This document shows, in pieces, positions 38,525 to 48,200 of a stretch of DNA of 64,000 nt (positions are counted from its first letter, which is position 1; every line of letters begins with the position of its first letter). The stretch lies in sequence record OQ363659.1. The stretch is one strand, 5' to 3'. A model generated the notes under the pieces. The model was not told the DNA's origin. It was given only the letters and a program-made list of their open reading frames with translations, and searched no databases. Both the position numbers and the translations under genes were made by a program.

Positions 38525-38551
38525 AGCATTGGGTCCCGAAGGACCCATGCT
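38525..38551 (-). terminator. Intrinsic terminator
   Basis: AGCATGGGTCC-TTCG-GGACCCAATGCT then CAATTCTTTTTT. Confidence 0.8.
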
Positions 38552-38591
38552 TTGCAGCGGTGTTCCTATTCCATTATGGGAACAGGTATTT

Positions 38592-38999
38592 TTAGTAAGC
38601 GATGGCTTGACCGGAAACCATGCGGTGACGACCTTTCTTGGTAGTCGGTTTACGGTATGCAAGAGAGGATTTGTTGTAATCAGGGAAAGCACGCTTGACG
38701 TTGTCGCGTAGCAGGTAAAGAACTTGAGCGTCATCCAGATGGCGAATACGACCTGGCAATGCTTCACCACCATTGTAGACCAGTCTGTCACGGCCATTCC
38801 AATATGCGTAAAGCTTGGTAATACCAAGTTTGATTTCGAGTTCGATTGCCCCACTCTTACGGGCTTGAGCACGAAGTTCTCGACCATGTACTACTAGATT
38901 ACGCACAACGTTACCGGAATTACCGGTAGTGATACGCCAGAGATGTTGACGCAGTTTCAACATCAGCTTTTCTACAGCCAGATTTTTGCAGGAACTCAT
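38592..38999 (-). CDS. Basic hypothetical protein (paralog family D)
   Basis: Similar to 39013-39432. Confidence 0.75.
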   Translation of the reverse strand: MSSCKNLAVEKLMLKLRQHLWRITTGNSGNVVRNLVVHGRELRAQARKSGAIELEIKLGITKLYAYWNGRDRLVYNGGEALPGRIRHLDDAQVLYLLRDNVKRAFPDYNKSSLAYRKPTTKKGRHRMVSGQAIAY

Positions 39000-39012
39000 G
39001 GTGCATCCTTAC

Positions 39013-39432
39013 TTAACTAATCCGAACGGGCGGTACCCATTCGGCACGAGGTTTGGTGTAACCAGGGAAGTTGTGTTTGAGCTTTTGGCGCAGGTGTTTC
39101 AACACAGCTGCTGGCGTCATGTCCAGCTCACGGTGAATACCCATACCTTTCTCTATACGTTTACCCTCGAGAGTAACTTTTTCTCCGTTGATGCGAACGT
39201 CGATGATGAGCTGGTCAGTTTCATAGAAACCTTTGGTGACAATGCACACACGAACCCAACCACGCTTCGATACTCCAATGTGCATGGTGTGGGTATGCCG
39301 TTCAAAGTGACGAGTCACTCGACCATCGGTACGGTTACTCTCATGCCTCAGGTAATTGCGCAAGTGAATAAGGTTCGCGCGCAGTGCCTTTTCCACTGAT
39401 GTTAAAACCGGTGGTGATGTTTTCTTCGCCAT
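39013..39432 (-). CDS. Basic hypothetical protein (paralog family D)
   Basis: Similar to 38592-38999. Confidence 0.75.
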   Translation of the reverse strand: MAKKTSPPVLTSVEKALRANLIHLRNYLRHESNRTDGRVTRHFERHTHTMHIGVSKRGWVRVCIVTKGFYETDQLIIDVRINGEKVTLEGKRIEKGMGIHRELDMTPAAVLKHLRQKLKHNFPGYTKPRAEWVPPVRIS

Positions 39433-39814
39433 CTTTACATTTTCCTATCATGCCAGTTACTTTCCATGGGCGACCAGGACATGATAACATCGCACCATTA
39501 CCTGAATAACGAGCAAGCATTCTAACGGGTGGGCCACGTGGTACATCGAAATGCGCGATATATACGTTTCCTTGGAGATGTTGCAAAGGGAATTTGCCAG
39601 GCAACTTAAAGCCTTCGTATTCCCCTTTGTTGTCGTAGACGTAGACAGACCACAAATACAACGGTTGCTTTTTGTAAGTCACCGTTATTTTGGTGATACC
39701 TTTGGAGCGGCGCTTTTTAACACGCTGTGCATGTACTTGTCCTTTACGGAAAAGCACTGCTCCTTTTAGGATGTCTACATGACTGATGAAGCGTTCCTCG
39801 TAGGACTCACTCAT
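39341..39814 (-). CDS. Basic hypothetical protein
   Basis: Start moved to MSESYEE, overlapping the stop of 39807-39977. Confidence 0.65.
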   Translation of the reverse strand: MSESYEERFISHVDILKGAVLFRKGQVHAQRVKKRRSKGITKITVTYKKQPLYLWSVYVYDNKGEYEGFKLPGKFPLQHLQGNVYIAHFDVPRGPPVRMLARYSGNGAMLSCPGRPWKVTGMIGKCKDGEENITTGFNISGKGTAREPYSLAQLPEA

Positions 39815-39977
39815 CAGCTTTCGGGATACGGGTAACGGTGATACGTTCGATGTTACCGTGGGAGATACGTTTATCAAGACGCAGTTCAGCGTCGTCTGCT
39901 TTTGCACCCACACCATTCTTGATCAGCATGCCATAGTCGTCGATGTACATCAGGCATTCACGTGCTTGGGAAAACAT
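39807..39977 (-). CDS. Small hypothetical protein (56 aa)
   Basis: AAGGAG RBS; MFSQARECLMYIDDYG...; below the ORF-track cutoff. Confidence 0.7.
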   Translation of the reverse strand: MFSQARECLMYIDDYGMLIKNGVGAKADDAELRLDKRISHGNIERITVTRIPKADE

Positions 39978-39986
39978 AGTTGCTCC

Positions 39987-40424
39987 TTAGAAATCGAGAT
40001 TGAGTTCAGGGTGATTCTGACGCCAGCCGCCACGAGCTTGCCAGGCGCGATGCTCTCGCTCAAGCTGTTCATGGTCAGCTTTTTGTCTTGCATCTTGTAA
40101 AGCTTTTGCATGTAAGTATCGTGGACTACTGAGGATTGGTCCAGTAACACGAACAGCGATAATGCAACCCCGGAATGCACGCTGACCCAGACGGAGTTGC
40201 GCTTCACGTGTACCAGGTCGATTAGGTGCGAATGTATGCAACAAACGATCGACCTTATAACGCACTGGTTCAAACGAATAACAACGTTTCAGGTCAGCGT
40301 AACGGTAGAGGTTGTACCAGATACCGTGACCTTGCGGGAGTTCATTTTGTTCTTGTTTGAGAACATGCTGAATATGGAACGATGCTCGTTGGCGATCCAG
40401 CCCACTGATATCTGGCAACTTCAT
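39987..40424 (-). CDS. Hypothetical protein (145 aa)
   Basis: ORF track. Confidence 0.7.
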   Translation of the reverse strand: MKLPDISGLDRQRASFHIQHVLKQEQNELPQGHGIWYNLYRYADLKRCYSFEPVRYKVDRLLHTFAPNRPGTREAQLRLGQRAFRGCIIAVRVTGPILSSPRYLHAKALQDARQKADHEQLEREHRAWQARGGWRQNHPELNLDF

Positions 40425-40433
40425 GCTAACCCC

Positions 40434-40856
40434 TTACGAGTTGATGTTGGCGAATTCGTCACCCAGCCACGACAACACACGCTTGATGTCTGGGGTCTTG
40501 TGTTTAGTTTCGATGGCGATCACGGTGTGATCTTTTGCTTCACGGTTGAACACGACGCTCACGTTGGTAGCATCGCCTTGTTGATAGTTGAAACCAACTT
40601 CCATTGCATCTGGGTTGGCTTTGAAGTGACCAGTGGCGAGTTCACCGCCGATGTACAGCAGACCGCCGAGAAGCTTGGCGTCTTCTTGTTCGATCTTCTT
40701 GTAGGTTGCAGCAGATACACCCAGAGGATCGAGAACCAGCACTTGACGCAGATCAGCAGGAATCGTGTACAGTCCCGATTCGTTGATGGTAATCTTTTCA
40801 CGCAGGCCGTTCTTTTCAGCGTAACCGACAGCTTGGATTTTGGATACATCGGACAT
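40434..40856 (-). CDS. Hypothetical early protein (140 aa)
   Basis: First gene after early promoter; good codon usage. Confidence 0.8.
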   Translation of the reverse strand: MSDVSKIQAVGYAEKNGLREKITINESGLYTIPADLRQVLVLDPLGVSAATYKKIEQEDAKLLGGLLYIGGELATGHFKANPDAMEVGFNYQQGDATNVSVVFNREAKDHTVIAIETKHKTPDIKRVLSWLGDEFANINS

Positions 40857-40889
40857 TGCAGGTATTTCCCTTGTGTGGATTGCAGTACA

Positions 40890-40914
40890 GTTATATAGAT
40901 CTGAGTTTTATTCT
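40890..40914 (-). promoter_or_regulatory. phiKZ-type early promoter
   Basis: AGAATAAAACTCAGATCTATATAAC on minus strand. Confidence 0.75.
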
Positions 40915-41414
40915 ACTGGGTTGGCTTGTGGAACCGACCGGAACGGGTAGCCCAGGATCGTACCCAGTTCATCAACCTTGGCCAACCACTCAGGATCAGT
41001 GAGTTGGTTGGAGTTCTGGTAGACGATGCCGTTTTCCAGTTTGATAAGCTCGATGCCAATGCGACTACCATGCGCAGCGTATACATTGGTCAGTTCATCG
41101 TAACCTACACGATAGCCACGGTTGATACCGATGACCAGTTCATCCATTTCAACCGATACCCACTGACGACGTTCATGCTCGATGCCATGGGTAGTGACAA
41201 CAACATCGCAACCGAACACCGACTTGACGGCCTTCTTGAAGAAGTCACGACGTTCTGCGAATACACTGGTCAGGTTCATGTTGTTCAATACATGCAGCAA
41301 CCATGCAGCCCGTTCGATACGTTCACGCTGGGTACCGATGTTTTTATCGACCTCAGCTTGAACTTCCAGGTTGTACTCTTTGTGGTTCGGGTTGTTAGGG
41401 ATAAGCTTATGCAT
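40908..41414 (-). CDS. Hypothetical early protein (168 aa)
   Basis: AAGGA RBS; ORF track. Confidence 0.8.
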   Translation of the reverse strand: MHKLIPNNPNHKEYNLEVQAEVDKNIGTQRERIERAAWLLHVLNNMNLTSVFAERRDFFKKAVKSVFGCDVVVTTHGIEHERRQWVSVEMDELVIGINRGYRVGYDELTNVYAAHGSRIGIELIKLENGIVYQNSNQLTDPEWLAKVDELGTILGYPFRSVPQANPVE

Positions 41415-41423
41415 GTCGGTTCC

Positions 41424-42266
41424 TTAGGCGATGTCGATGGAGATTTTGAGGATGACTTCTTTTTCACGCAGTGCAGGTACGACGTCGTAGCCTTTCTTCT
41501 TCAGTGCATCGATCAGCAATGCACTGACTGCATTCTGGATACCTTTGGTAAAGCGGTCATCGGTATACTTGTATTCCATATGTGGATTACCGTTACCATC
41601 TTTATCCCACTTCCAACTTTCGGGATCACGGACTTTTTCTATCAGATCCGAAGCGATGTTGGCGTACTCGTAGTAATCCTTGTCGGTCATGAGTTGACGC
41701 AACATACCGAGCGCGGGCATCAAGCCAGGAGCGACGAGGACGTCACGGGTGTGCGCACCAGAACTGACCGATGTCCGTTGGGGATGCTGTGGATGATGGA
41801 ATGGAAACTGACCAGGCAAACCTGGACCAGGATGGAATGGGTAATCACTTGGACCTTGGTTGAACATACCGGGCACTTGCTGGCCGTATACGCTCTGACG
41901 AATCATACCGCCATTGCGGTAGTTCTGGAGGACGACTTCACCACGGTGACGCGTGGGCAACTCGATCTGTTCCATCGGATCATAGAACAGGATATCGCCG
42001 AAGCTTACAGTTTCGGCTACAGTGAACATGCGGTTCATCAGAGCACGACGAAGGTCATCAGGAGTCCAGTTACGACCTTCCAAAGACCATGCGTGCCAGG
42101 CTGGTTTACCAGTAGCCAGATCAATGCAGAGCAAATGCCACAAAGTAGCACTGCCATCGAAGTACGTGTCATGTTTGAAAGAATAGCCATCGTGATTTAC
42201 GGTACGACCAGAACGGATAATGTTGAGAGCTTGTGCAACCGACTGTACATTGAAAGAATTTTGCAT
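41424..42266 (-). CDS. Hypothetical early protein with Pro/Gly/His-rich linker (280 aa)
   Basis: First gene after early promoter; low-complexity central segment. Confidence 0.8.
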   Translation of the reverse strand: MQNSFNVQSVAQALNIIRSGRTVNHDGYSFKHDTYFDGSATLWHLLCIDLATGKPAWHAWSLEGRNWTPDDLRRALMNRMFTVAETVSFGDILFYDPMEQIELPTRHRGEVVLQNYRNGGMIRQSVYGQQVPGMFNQGPSDYPFHPGPGLPGQFPFHHPQHPQRTSVSSGAHTRDVLVAPGLMPALGMLRQLMTDKDYYEYANIASDLIEKVRDPESWKWDKDGNGNPHMEYKYTDDRFTKGIQNAVSALLIDALKKKGYDVVPALREKEVILKISIDIA

Positions 42267-42299
42267 CTGTATCTGACCATGCTAGTTAATATCAATGTA

Positions 42300-42330
42300 G
42301 TAATATAGATCTGAGATTTTATTGAAACAA
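42300..42330 (-). promoter_or_regulatory. phiKZ-type early promoter
   Basis: GTTTCAATAAAATCTCAGATCTATATTAC on minus strand. Confidence 0.8.
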
Positions 42331-42335
42331 CATAA
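42300..42335. repeat. 36-bp terminator-tail/promoter repeat, copy 2
   Basis: 34/36 identical to 26402-26437. Confidence 0.85.
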
Positions 42336-42355
42336 GAGTTCCCCGAAGGGAACTC
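42331..42355 (-). terminator. UUCG hairpin + TATG
   Basis: GAGTTCCC-TTCG-GGGAACTC then TTATG. Confidence 0.85.
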
Positions 42356-42632
42356 ACGTATGTCCGTAAAGTCCTTGCAGTGACATCCACCGTCCGTTAG
42401 ACCAAGTCCAATAAACATCTCGTACTTGATAGCCTTCACCTTCTTTAGGGTTCTTTGGTAAGTCAGCTGTAGAGATCAGTGTACGCAAACCACCTTTAGC
42501 TACGGCTTCATTGTCTTCCCAAATAGTGGCCCCTTGTCTATCCAAAGGTTTATTTACCAGCTGCGGTAGTTCTTGTTCTACGTAATGGACTTGTTCGTTT
42601 GATGCAAGCCATCGGGTGAGTGATCGATTCAT
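42354..42632 (-). CDS. Hypothetical protein (92 aa)
   Basis: Start moved to MNRSL after AAGGAG RBS. Confidence 0.75.
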   Translation of the reverse strand: MNRSLTRWLASNEQVHYVEQELPQLVNKPLDRQGATIWEDNEAVAKGGLRTLISTADLPKNPKEGEGYQVRDVYWTWSNGRWMSLQGLYGHT

Positions 42633-42652
42633 GTGTATTCTCCTTAACACAT

Positions 42653-42678
42653 CATAAAGGCTATCCCGAAGGATAGCC
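42653..42678 (-). terminator. UUCG hairpin + TATG
   Basis: GGCTATCC-TTCG-GGATAGCC then TTTATG. Confidence 0.85.
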
Positions 42679-42685
42679 GTTAAGA

Positions 42686-43105
42686 TTATTCCTTGATCAG
42701 CTGGACAGCGAGTTCGATGACCAGTTGCTGTTGCGACTTGGTCAGCTGTGGAGCGACTTCTTTTACCACACGCAGTACGTGGGCTTTCTTCTTCATGAAA
42801 CCTTCACCCGAGGCTTCAGCTTCGCGAGCAGCGCATTCGATACCGAAAGCACCTTCACCAACGATGCCACGCAGCAGAGCGGAAGTGACTTGGTTAGGAC
42901 CAGCTTTGGCGCGAGCTTCCAGAGTAGCGTGGAAGAACTGTTCCAACCGACCACGACCAACCAGGTCATTGATTGCACGGGTTGGGATTTCGCGTTCGAT
43001 GGTTTCACGAGTAGTGCGTTCGGTGATCTTGGCAACTTCGCCTTTGATTTCAGCCAGAGCTTTTTCGCCGAGCAGTTTGAGACCGATGGTTTGCAGTAGG
43101 GACAT
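42686..43105 (-). CDS. Hypothetical helical protein (139 aa)
   Basis: Start moved to MSLLQT after GGAG RBS. Confidence 0.75.
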   Translation of the reverse strand: MSLLQTIGLKLLGEKALAEIKGEVAKITERTTRETIEREIPTRAINDLVGRGRLEQFFHATLEARAKAGPNQVTSALLRGIVGEGAFGIECAAREAEASGEGFMKKKAHVLRVVKEVAPQLTKSQQQLVIELAVQLIKE

Positions 43106-43133
43106 TGTACGACTCCAATTGGATTTTAGAAAG

Positions 43134-43149
43134 GACACTGCGCAGTGTC
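43134..43149. other. Perfect 16-bp palindrome, probable terminator after 43182-45164
   Basis: GACACTGCGCAGTGTC. Confidence 0.55.
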
Positions 43150-43181
43150 TACATTAGATCACTACGCCAAGTATTCTTTCA

Positions 43182-45164
43182 TCAGAACCGATCGGTAGAT
43201 GCAGCAAACGCTGCGATCGTACGTGCCACTTCGCCATCCAATACCCACGACATGAAGTTCGATGGACTACGCCAGGATTGGAATGCTTGAACCTGTTTAG
43301 CAATGTTCAGGTTCAGTCGTTTACCAGCATAATAGAAGTCAGCCCAAGACTGAGACGTCAGAGTAGCTGTATAGTCGTTGAACAGAGATTGCTCATCCCA
43401 TACTGCACCGTTAGTCAAAGCAGTGACAGTGTTCAATGTAGTCTCACCTACCATCTCTGCCGCAGTAGCCGCTGCACCACGAGCAGCAGTACCCAACCAT
43501 GAAGCAGAAGCGAAACCAGCCTTTAACGGAATATGCATGATCTTCGAGAGATCCTTAACCGAGATCTGTACTTCGCAGTTAAGCATTTCGTTATCGGCGT
43601 TCCACCCTACGTGGCCAGTGCCACGACGGATTGTCAGCGAGTCAACAATCGCGAGTTGCTTTTGGTTGCGTCCTTGGTGGAACAACTGACAAATAAATGG
43701 AGCAGTATAAGCCGAACGACCAGCTGAACGCGGGAGCGCCATTGGAAGGATCATAGCTAACGGCAGGTAGATGTTCAAGAAACGGGACATCTTGTTGCCA
43801 TGTGCACATACCAATGGAATTGTGTACGAAGCTGTAGGCAACGAAGCCATCGACGATTCCCAGTATTCAGGGACGTCTACGAATGCAGAACCGGCCAGTG
43901 TTGCTAGACCCGACATATTGACCATGTCTAATGCACCACCAACAAAACTAGAGATTGCTTGGAATGCCCCACCGATTGTATCAGTAATGTTACCCTGCAT
44001 GAAGTTGAACTGTGCAGCTCGACCTTCGGTTACTTTCGTGTTAAGTGTCTGTGCAACACCTACGGAAGTAGTAGATGAGGTAAACGATTCTGATTGCTCG
44101 CCATTGAAGTCAGCTCGCAGTGTAATGAACTGGGTACCGTCTCGTTGTGCCCCTGTAATGAAGTTGTATACCTTCGATAGGTCCCCCCACTCGCTAAACT
44201 TCTCCGAGTCAATAACAGCTGAGTCACCCACAGGGTCAGCCGCCAGATAGTCAATGAAGTATTGGCGTGTCGAAATATTCGGTGTCGGGTCTTTATGGTA
44301 CTTTGCCATTTCTGTATTAAGACCAGCTCGAAGTTCCTGGATGTTCCGTGCTTTCTCAGCCATTGATTCCCAGGCCTTCTTAGCTTCGTCAGCTTTACGT
44401 TGCGCTCGACCAGCTAGGGCCATTACATCGATACCCCCATTTGGAGAAAATAACCCCGGCATCATTTTGTGCCAACGTTTCATATCGTCCACAGTTACAG
44501 TCTGACCAGGATCAGCTTGCATTTGTGATTGAGTATCAGGGTCCGTATATAGACGTGGTTGCAGACCCATGTTAATAGCGAATTCGTTTGCCAGTGTATT
44601 TACAGCTGACCAGTACGCGTGCATCGTTGGTTTGAAATAGAACCACTTAGATGGGGACGACTTCGACAAGAACGACAGTACGCGGGATACTGCGGTCACA
44701 CCAATGATGAAAGGCTGTACAGGTAGGGACACTACGAATGACAGCGTGTTACCCAAGTTGTACCACAGGTCTGTAGTTTTACCGGAGTTAGCAAATGTAG
44801 CAGCTGAGCGATCGTAGAAGTTTGTAAAGAACGATGCCCAGCTAGAGAATCGAGGAACACCGAACGACATGTGTAGCTTCTGTGCTAAGTCGTCATGGGC
44901 TTCTGAGTAGTACCGACCCATACCGAGCCGTTTGTTCTCGGTAGTGCGTCCACGGCCAGGCTGACGGATATCAGCGTTACGGGTATACTGTGGTAGGTTG
45001 TTGATGGTAAAGTTACCACCAGGTGTAGTGTTGGTGAATTTGAATGCTGCGGAGTTTGCAAAGCGACGACGTGTTTCAGAACCGAACGATACTTGGTTGG
45101 TAGACGTTGGTAATAAAAATGCTTGCCGTAGCCAAATTGGTGTATCAACTGTTGGAGTTGCCAT
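43182..45164 (-). CDS. Virion structural protein, phiKZ gp182-like (tail/baseplate-associated)
   Basis: Size and synteny directly downstream of the gp181-like gene; start moved to MATPTVD. Confidence 0.7.
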   Translation of the reverse strand: MATPTVDTPIWLRQAFLLPTSTNQVSFGSETRRRFANSAAFKFTNTTPGGNFTINNLPQYTRNADIRQPGRGRTTENKRLGMGRYYSEAHDDLAQKLHMSFGVPRFSSWASFFTNFYDRSAATFANSGKTTDLWYNLGNTLSFVVSLPVQPFIIGVTAVSRVLSFLSKSSPSKWFYFKPTMHAYWSAVNTLANEFAINMGLQPRLYTDPDTQSQMQADPGQTVTVDDMKRWHKMMPGLFSPNGGIDVMALAGRAQRKADEAKKAWESMAEKARNIQELRAGLNTEMAKYHKDPTPNISTRQYFIDYLAADPVGDSAVIDSEKFSEWGDLSKVYNFITGAQRDGTQFITLRADFNGEQSESFTSSTTSVGVAQTLNTKVTEGRAAQFNFMQGNITDTIGGAFQAISSFVGGALDMVNMSGLATLAGSAFVDVPEYWESSMASLPTASYTIPLVCAHGNKMSRFLNIYLPLAMILPMALPRSAGRSAYTAPFICQLFHQGRNQKQLAIVDSLTIRRGTGHVGWNADNEMLNCEVQISVKDLSKIMHIPLKAGFASASWLGTAARGAAATAAEMVGETTLNTVTALTNGAVWDEQSLFNDYTATLTSQSWADFYYAGKRLNLNIAKQVQAFQSWRSPSNFMSWVLDGEVARTIAAFAASTDRF

Positions 45165-45188
45165 ATTGGGACCTTTAGACAAAATAAA

Positions 45189-45206
45189 GCCTACCCGAAG
45201 GTAGGC
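45189..45206 (-). terminator. Terminator after the gp181-like gene
   Basis: GCCTACC-TTCG-GGTAGGC then TTTATTTTG. Confidence 0.85.
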
Positions 45207-45214
45207 CCTAGTTT

Positions 45215-48200
45215 TTAGACTGGAACAGGATAGGCAGCTTTGTTAGCCTGACGTGACTGTTGCTGGGGCATACTATTGCCCTGGCTCTGGACACCCTGAC
45301 CTTGTACCAGCGTCTGTAGTGCTTGCAGCATGGCCTTCTGTACGGAAAGTTGTTCTTGTTGTACCGTCATGATTGCCGTGTCCTGCTGTGTAGATTGCTG
45401 GACTTGCTGTGCACGTTGTTGATCACGTGCAGCTGAAGCGGCAGCAGCGGCATCCGCAGCAGCATTGGTACCAGCGTTAGCCAGACCACCACTCGGAGCA
45501 GCCTCTTCCTTCGGAGCACCACCAGCCATTACACCCACCGGAGCAGTAGACGAACCAGCCGGAGCTTGGGTTGCGGCACCTGTAGCAGTAGTGAGTGTTG
45601 GACCACCTGTACCTGTGTTGGTTGGAGTAGAGCCAGTGGCTGAAGGACCACCAGGCATTGCCGATACACCAGGGATGAACTTGTCTTCCTTTTTGGCTTC
45701 AGCTTCTTCACCCTTCGCTTTCTCAGCGGCTTGGGCTTTCTCTACATCTTCAACTTTCAACGGTACGGCTGCACCACTTGAAGTACCAGCGTTAGCCATT
45801 GCACGGAACTGGTCCATGCGCTTATCAAAGGATGCTTCAATCTGAGCTAAGGTACGGTTATCTTTGAAGATTGACGGGTTGGCAGCTGCTTCTTTGGGGA
45901 ACGCATACTTACCTACCGTGTTCTTCGGCATCTTCAACCACTTAACAGCCGTGCCAGGACCAAGGAAGTGTGCCAAGTAGATGTCGATATCAGTCGGGTC
46001 CTTACCGGTTGCCTTCTTGATAACGTTCATCGAGTACTTCATGTACTCAGCACCCATCAGTGCGTTGATCCGTGGGTCCAAGCGTAGACGACGACCAACG
46101 TCTGCTGGTAAGCCGTATTTCTTGGAATGTTGCTGCAACATCCAGTCCCAGGTCGAGTTAATGAACTGGAACCAACCCGTAGCCGAACCACCTGCCCCCG
46201 CTTTAATGGTCCAGTCGAAACCAGATTCCATTGCACAGAAGATCATCAGGTATTGGACAGGTACACCGACCATCTGAGCTACGACTTCCATGGTCTTCCG
46301 AGAACCTTTAGCATCTTTCGATGTAGGCATTGGAACTTGTTCCCATGAGCCACCGTTACCAGCAGATACGTAGCCGTAGGATTGACCCGTTACAGCTTCA
46401 GATATGGCACCGTAAGCCGATACTGCACCAGCGGCGATAGACGAACCAACAGACCGTACACCATTCGACACAGCCGAAGCTGCGCTACCTAGAGCACTAC
46501 CAACTTTGTCAGCCGCACCACTCAATGCATTCGTTGCAGCATTGAATGCATTAGAGACTTTGTCTACCACACCGTCGAAGAACGATTTACCCGATTCAGC
46601 ATTCATAGCGCCAGCAGCTTGTGCCCCAGCCGATTGTGTCGGCGATGACAATACCGCAGCTGCTTGCTTCTCCAGATAAGCTGCATCAACATCTGCAAGT
46701 TTCTTCAGCTCTTTTAGATCGCCCTTAACCGTAAAGATCGAAGGAGCAGACCAAACAGATTGACCGTTAGAATTAGTAGCACCTAGGACGCCATTGGCAA
46801 CACGGACTTGGTCACCCAGTTTCATCTGGGTAGATGCCATGCCAGGTTTACCACGATACGTAGAACGAGCCATGGTCAGGAACATTTCAGCAACCGGGAT
46901 AAAGCGGTCAGTCATCCAGTTCACAAATTTAACACGGTCTTCGCCATGTTCGGCTGTGTTCTTACCAAACAAAGGACCCGCAGCAACAATGAATTTCTCC
47001 ATGTCCCCGGTAAACTTCACGATGCCGGATTGGTCTGTCTTAGACTGAAGGTCCAGACGAGTTTCCATCGCGATCAACGATTCCATTTGAGTCTTGTTCA
47101 GTGTTTCCATACCGTAAGCACGAGCACGGATTGCATCGAGGGCAGGGAGTTCTTGCGCAGCAATAGGAACCGGCATGATGTTGTTAGCAACAGCAGTAGC
47201 TGATACAGCTACGCCTGCAACTTTCGCCATGTGGTTTACTTTCTGCTGTACGGATTTAGCTGCTTTGTCCTGAGACTCCGCATTAGCTTTACCGATCGCC
47301 TTAGCTTCCTGTGCGGCTTTTGTAGCAGCAGCCGTAGCTGCGGCGGCTACAACAGCAGCGCCTTTCTCTTTGTTCTCCTTCGCTTCCTCAGTAGGTTCAG
47401 TTGCCTTAGGTTTAGTACCCGGCAGAGCAGCCTTCTCTTTCTCAGGATCGATCTTGTACTTCTCGGAAAGTTCCTTGATGCGTTCTTTGGTTTCCTCGAT
47501 AGTGTCATCCAGTTTCTCGTCGTCACCGAATGGGTTATCACGACAAGCGAATGGTCCACCATCACCGTACTCCATGGTGATCTCTTTGACCAATGTACCT
47601 TTCAGCGCATCGTCAACCTTTTCCTCAATGTCAGTTAGTGACATCTGGGTCTTACCGATTGTATCGATTGCTTTAAGCCACTGACAGAACACTGGTTTGA
47701 AGCGCAGGTCCATCCAACGAGCGAAGCGATGAATAGCCGCTTCATCATCTTTGTCAAAGCCCATGATGTCCAGGATAGCCTTACCACCAGCTGCACTAAC
47801 GTTCATCTGTGGTGATTGTCCACGTAGAGCCGTTTTCTCCAACAGTTGTTCGAGTTTCAGGATCTTGTGGCGTTGACGAGTAGATGTGATACCGTACTGC
47901 AACATACGTACCGACATGAACTCACCTTTAACACCAGCAAAGTACTTGTAGGTGAAGTAACCAGCAATGCCGACACCCGCTACAACAGCGGCACCGATTA
48001 GTACAGGGGCCGATACAAGAGAAGCAAGAGCAGAACCAACCATCATTGCTCCACGAGCAGCCATTTGACCACCGGCAGTTGCCATCAGTCGACCACCCTG
48101 AGTGGCAGCAAACTGGCCAGCACGGGAAGTAGCAATACGTCTACCCATACGAGCTAAGCGACCTTTACCGCGTCGACCACCTCGACCTTCACCATTACCA

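Noticed and set aside
38489-38887. 132-aa minus-strand ORF
   Set aside because: Overlaps 38592-38999 in another frame and reads through a terminator.
40926-42308. 460-aa plus-strand ORF
   Set aside because: Antisense shadow of two same-frame minus-strand genes; codon bias of the real genes explains the lack of stops, and its 3' end runs into a promoter motif.
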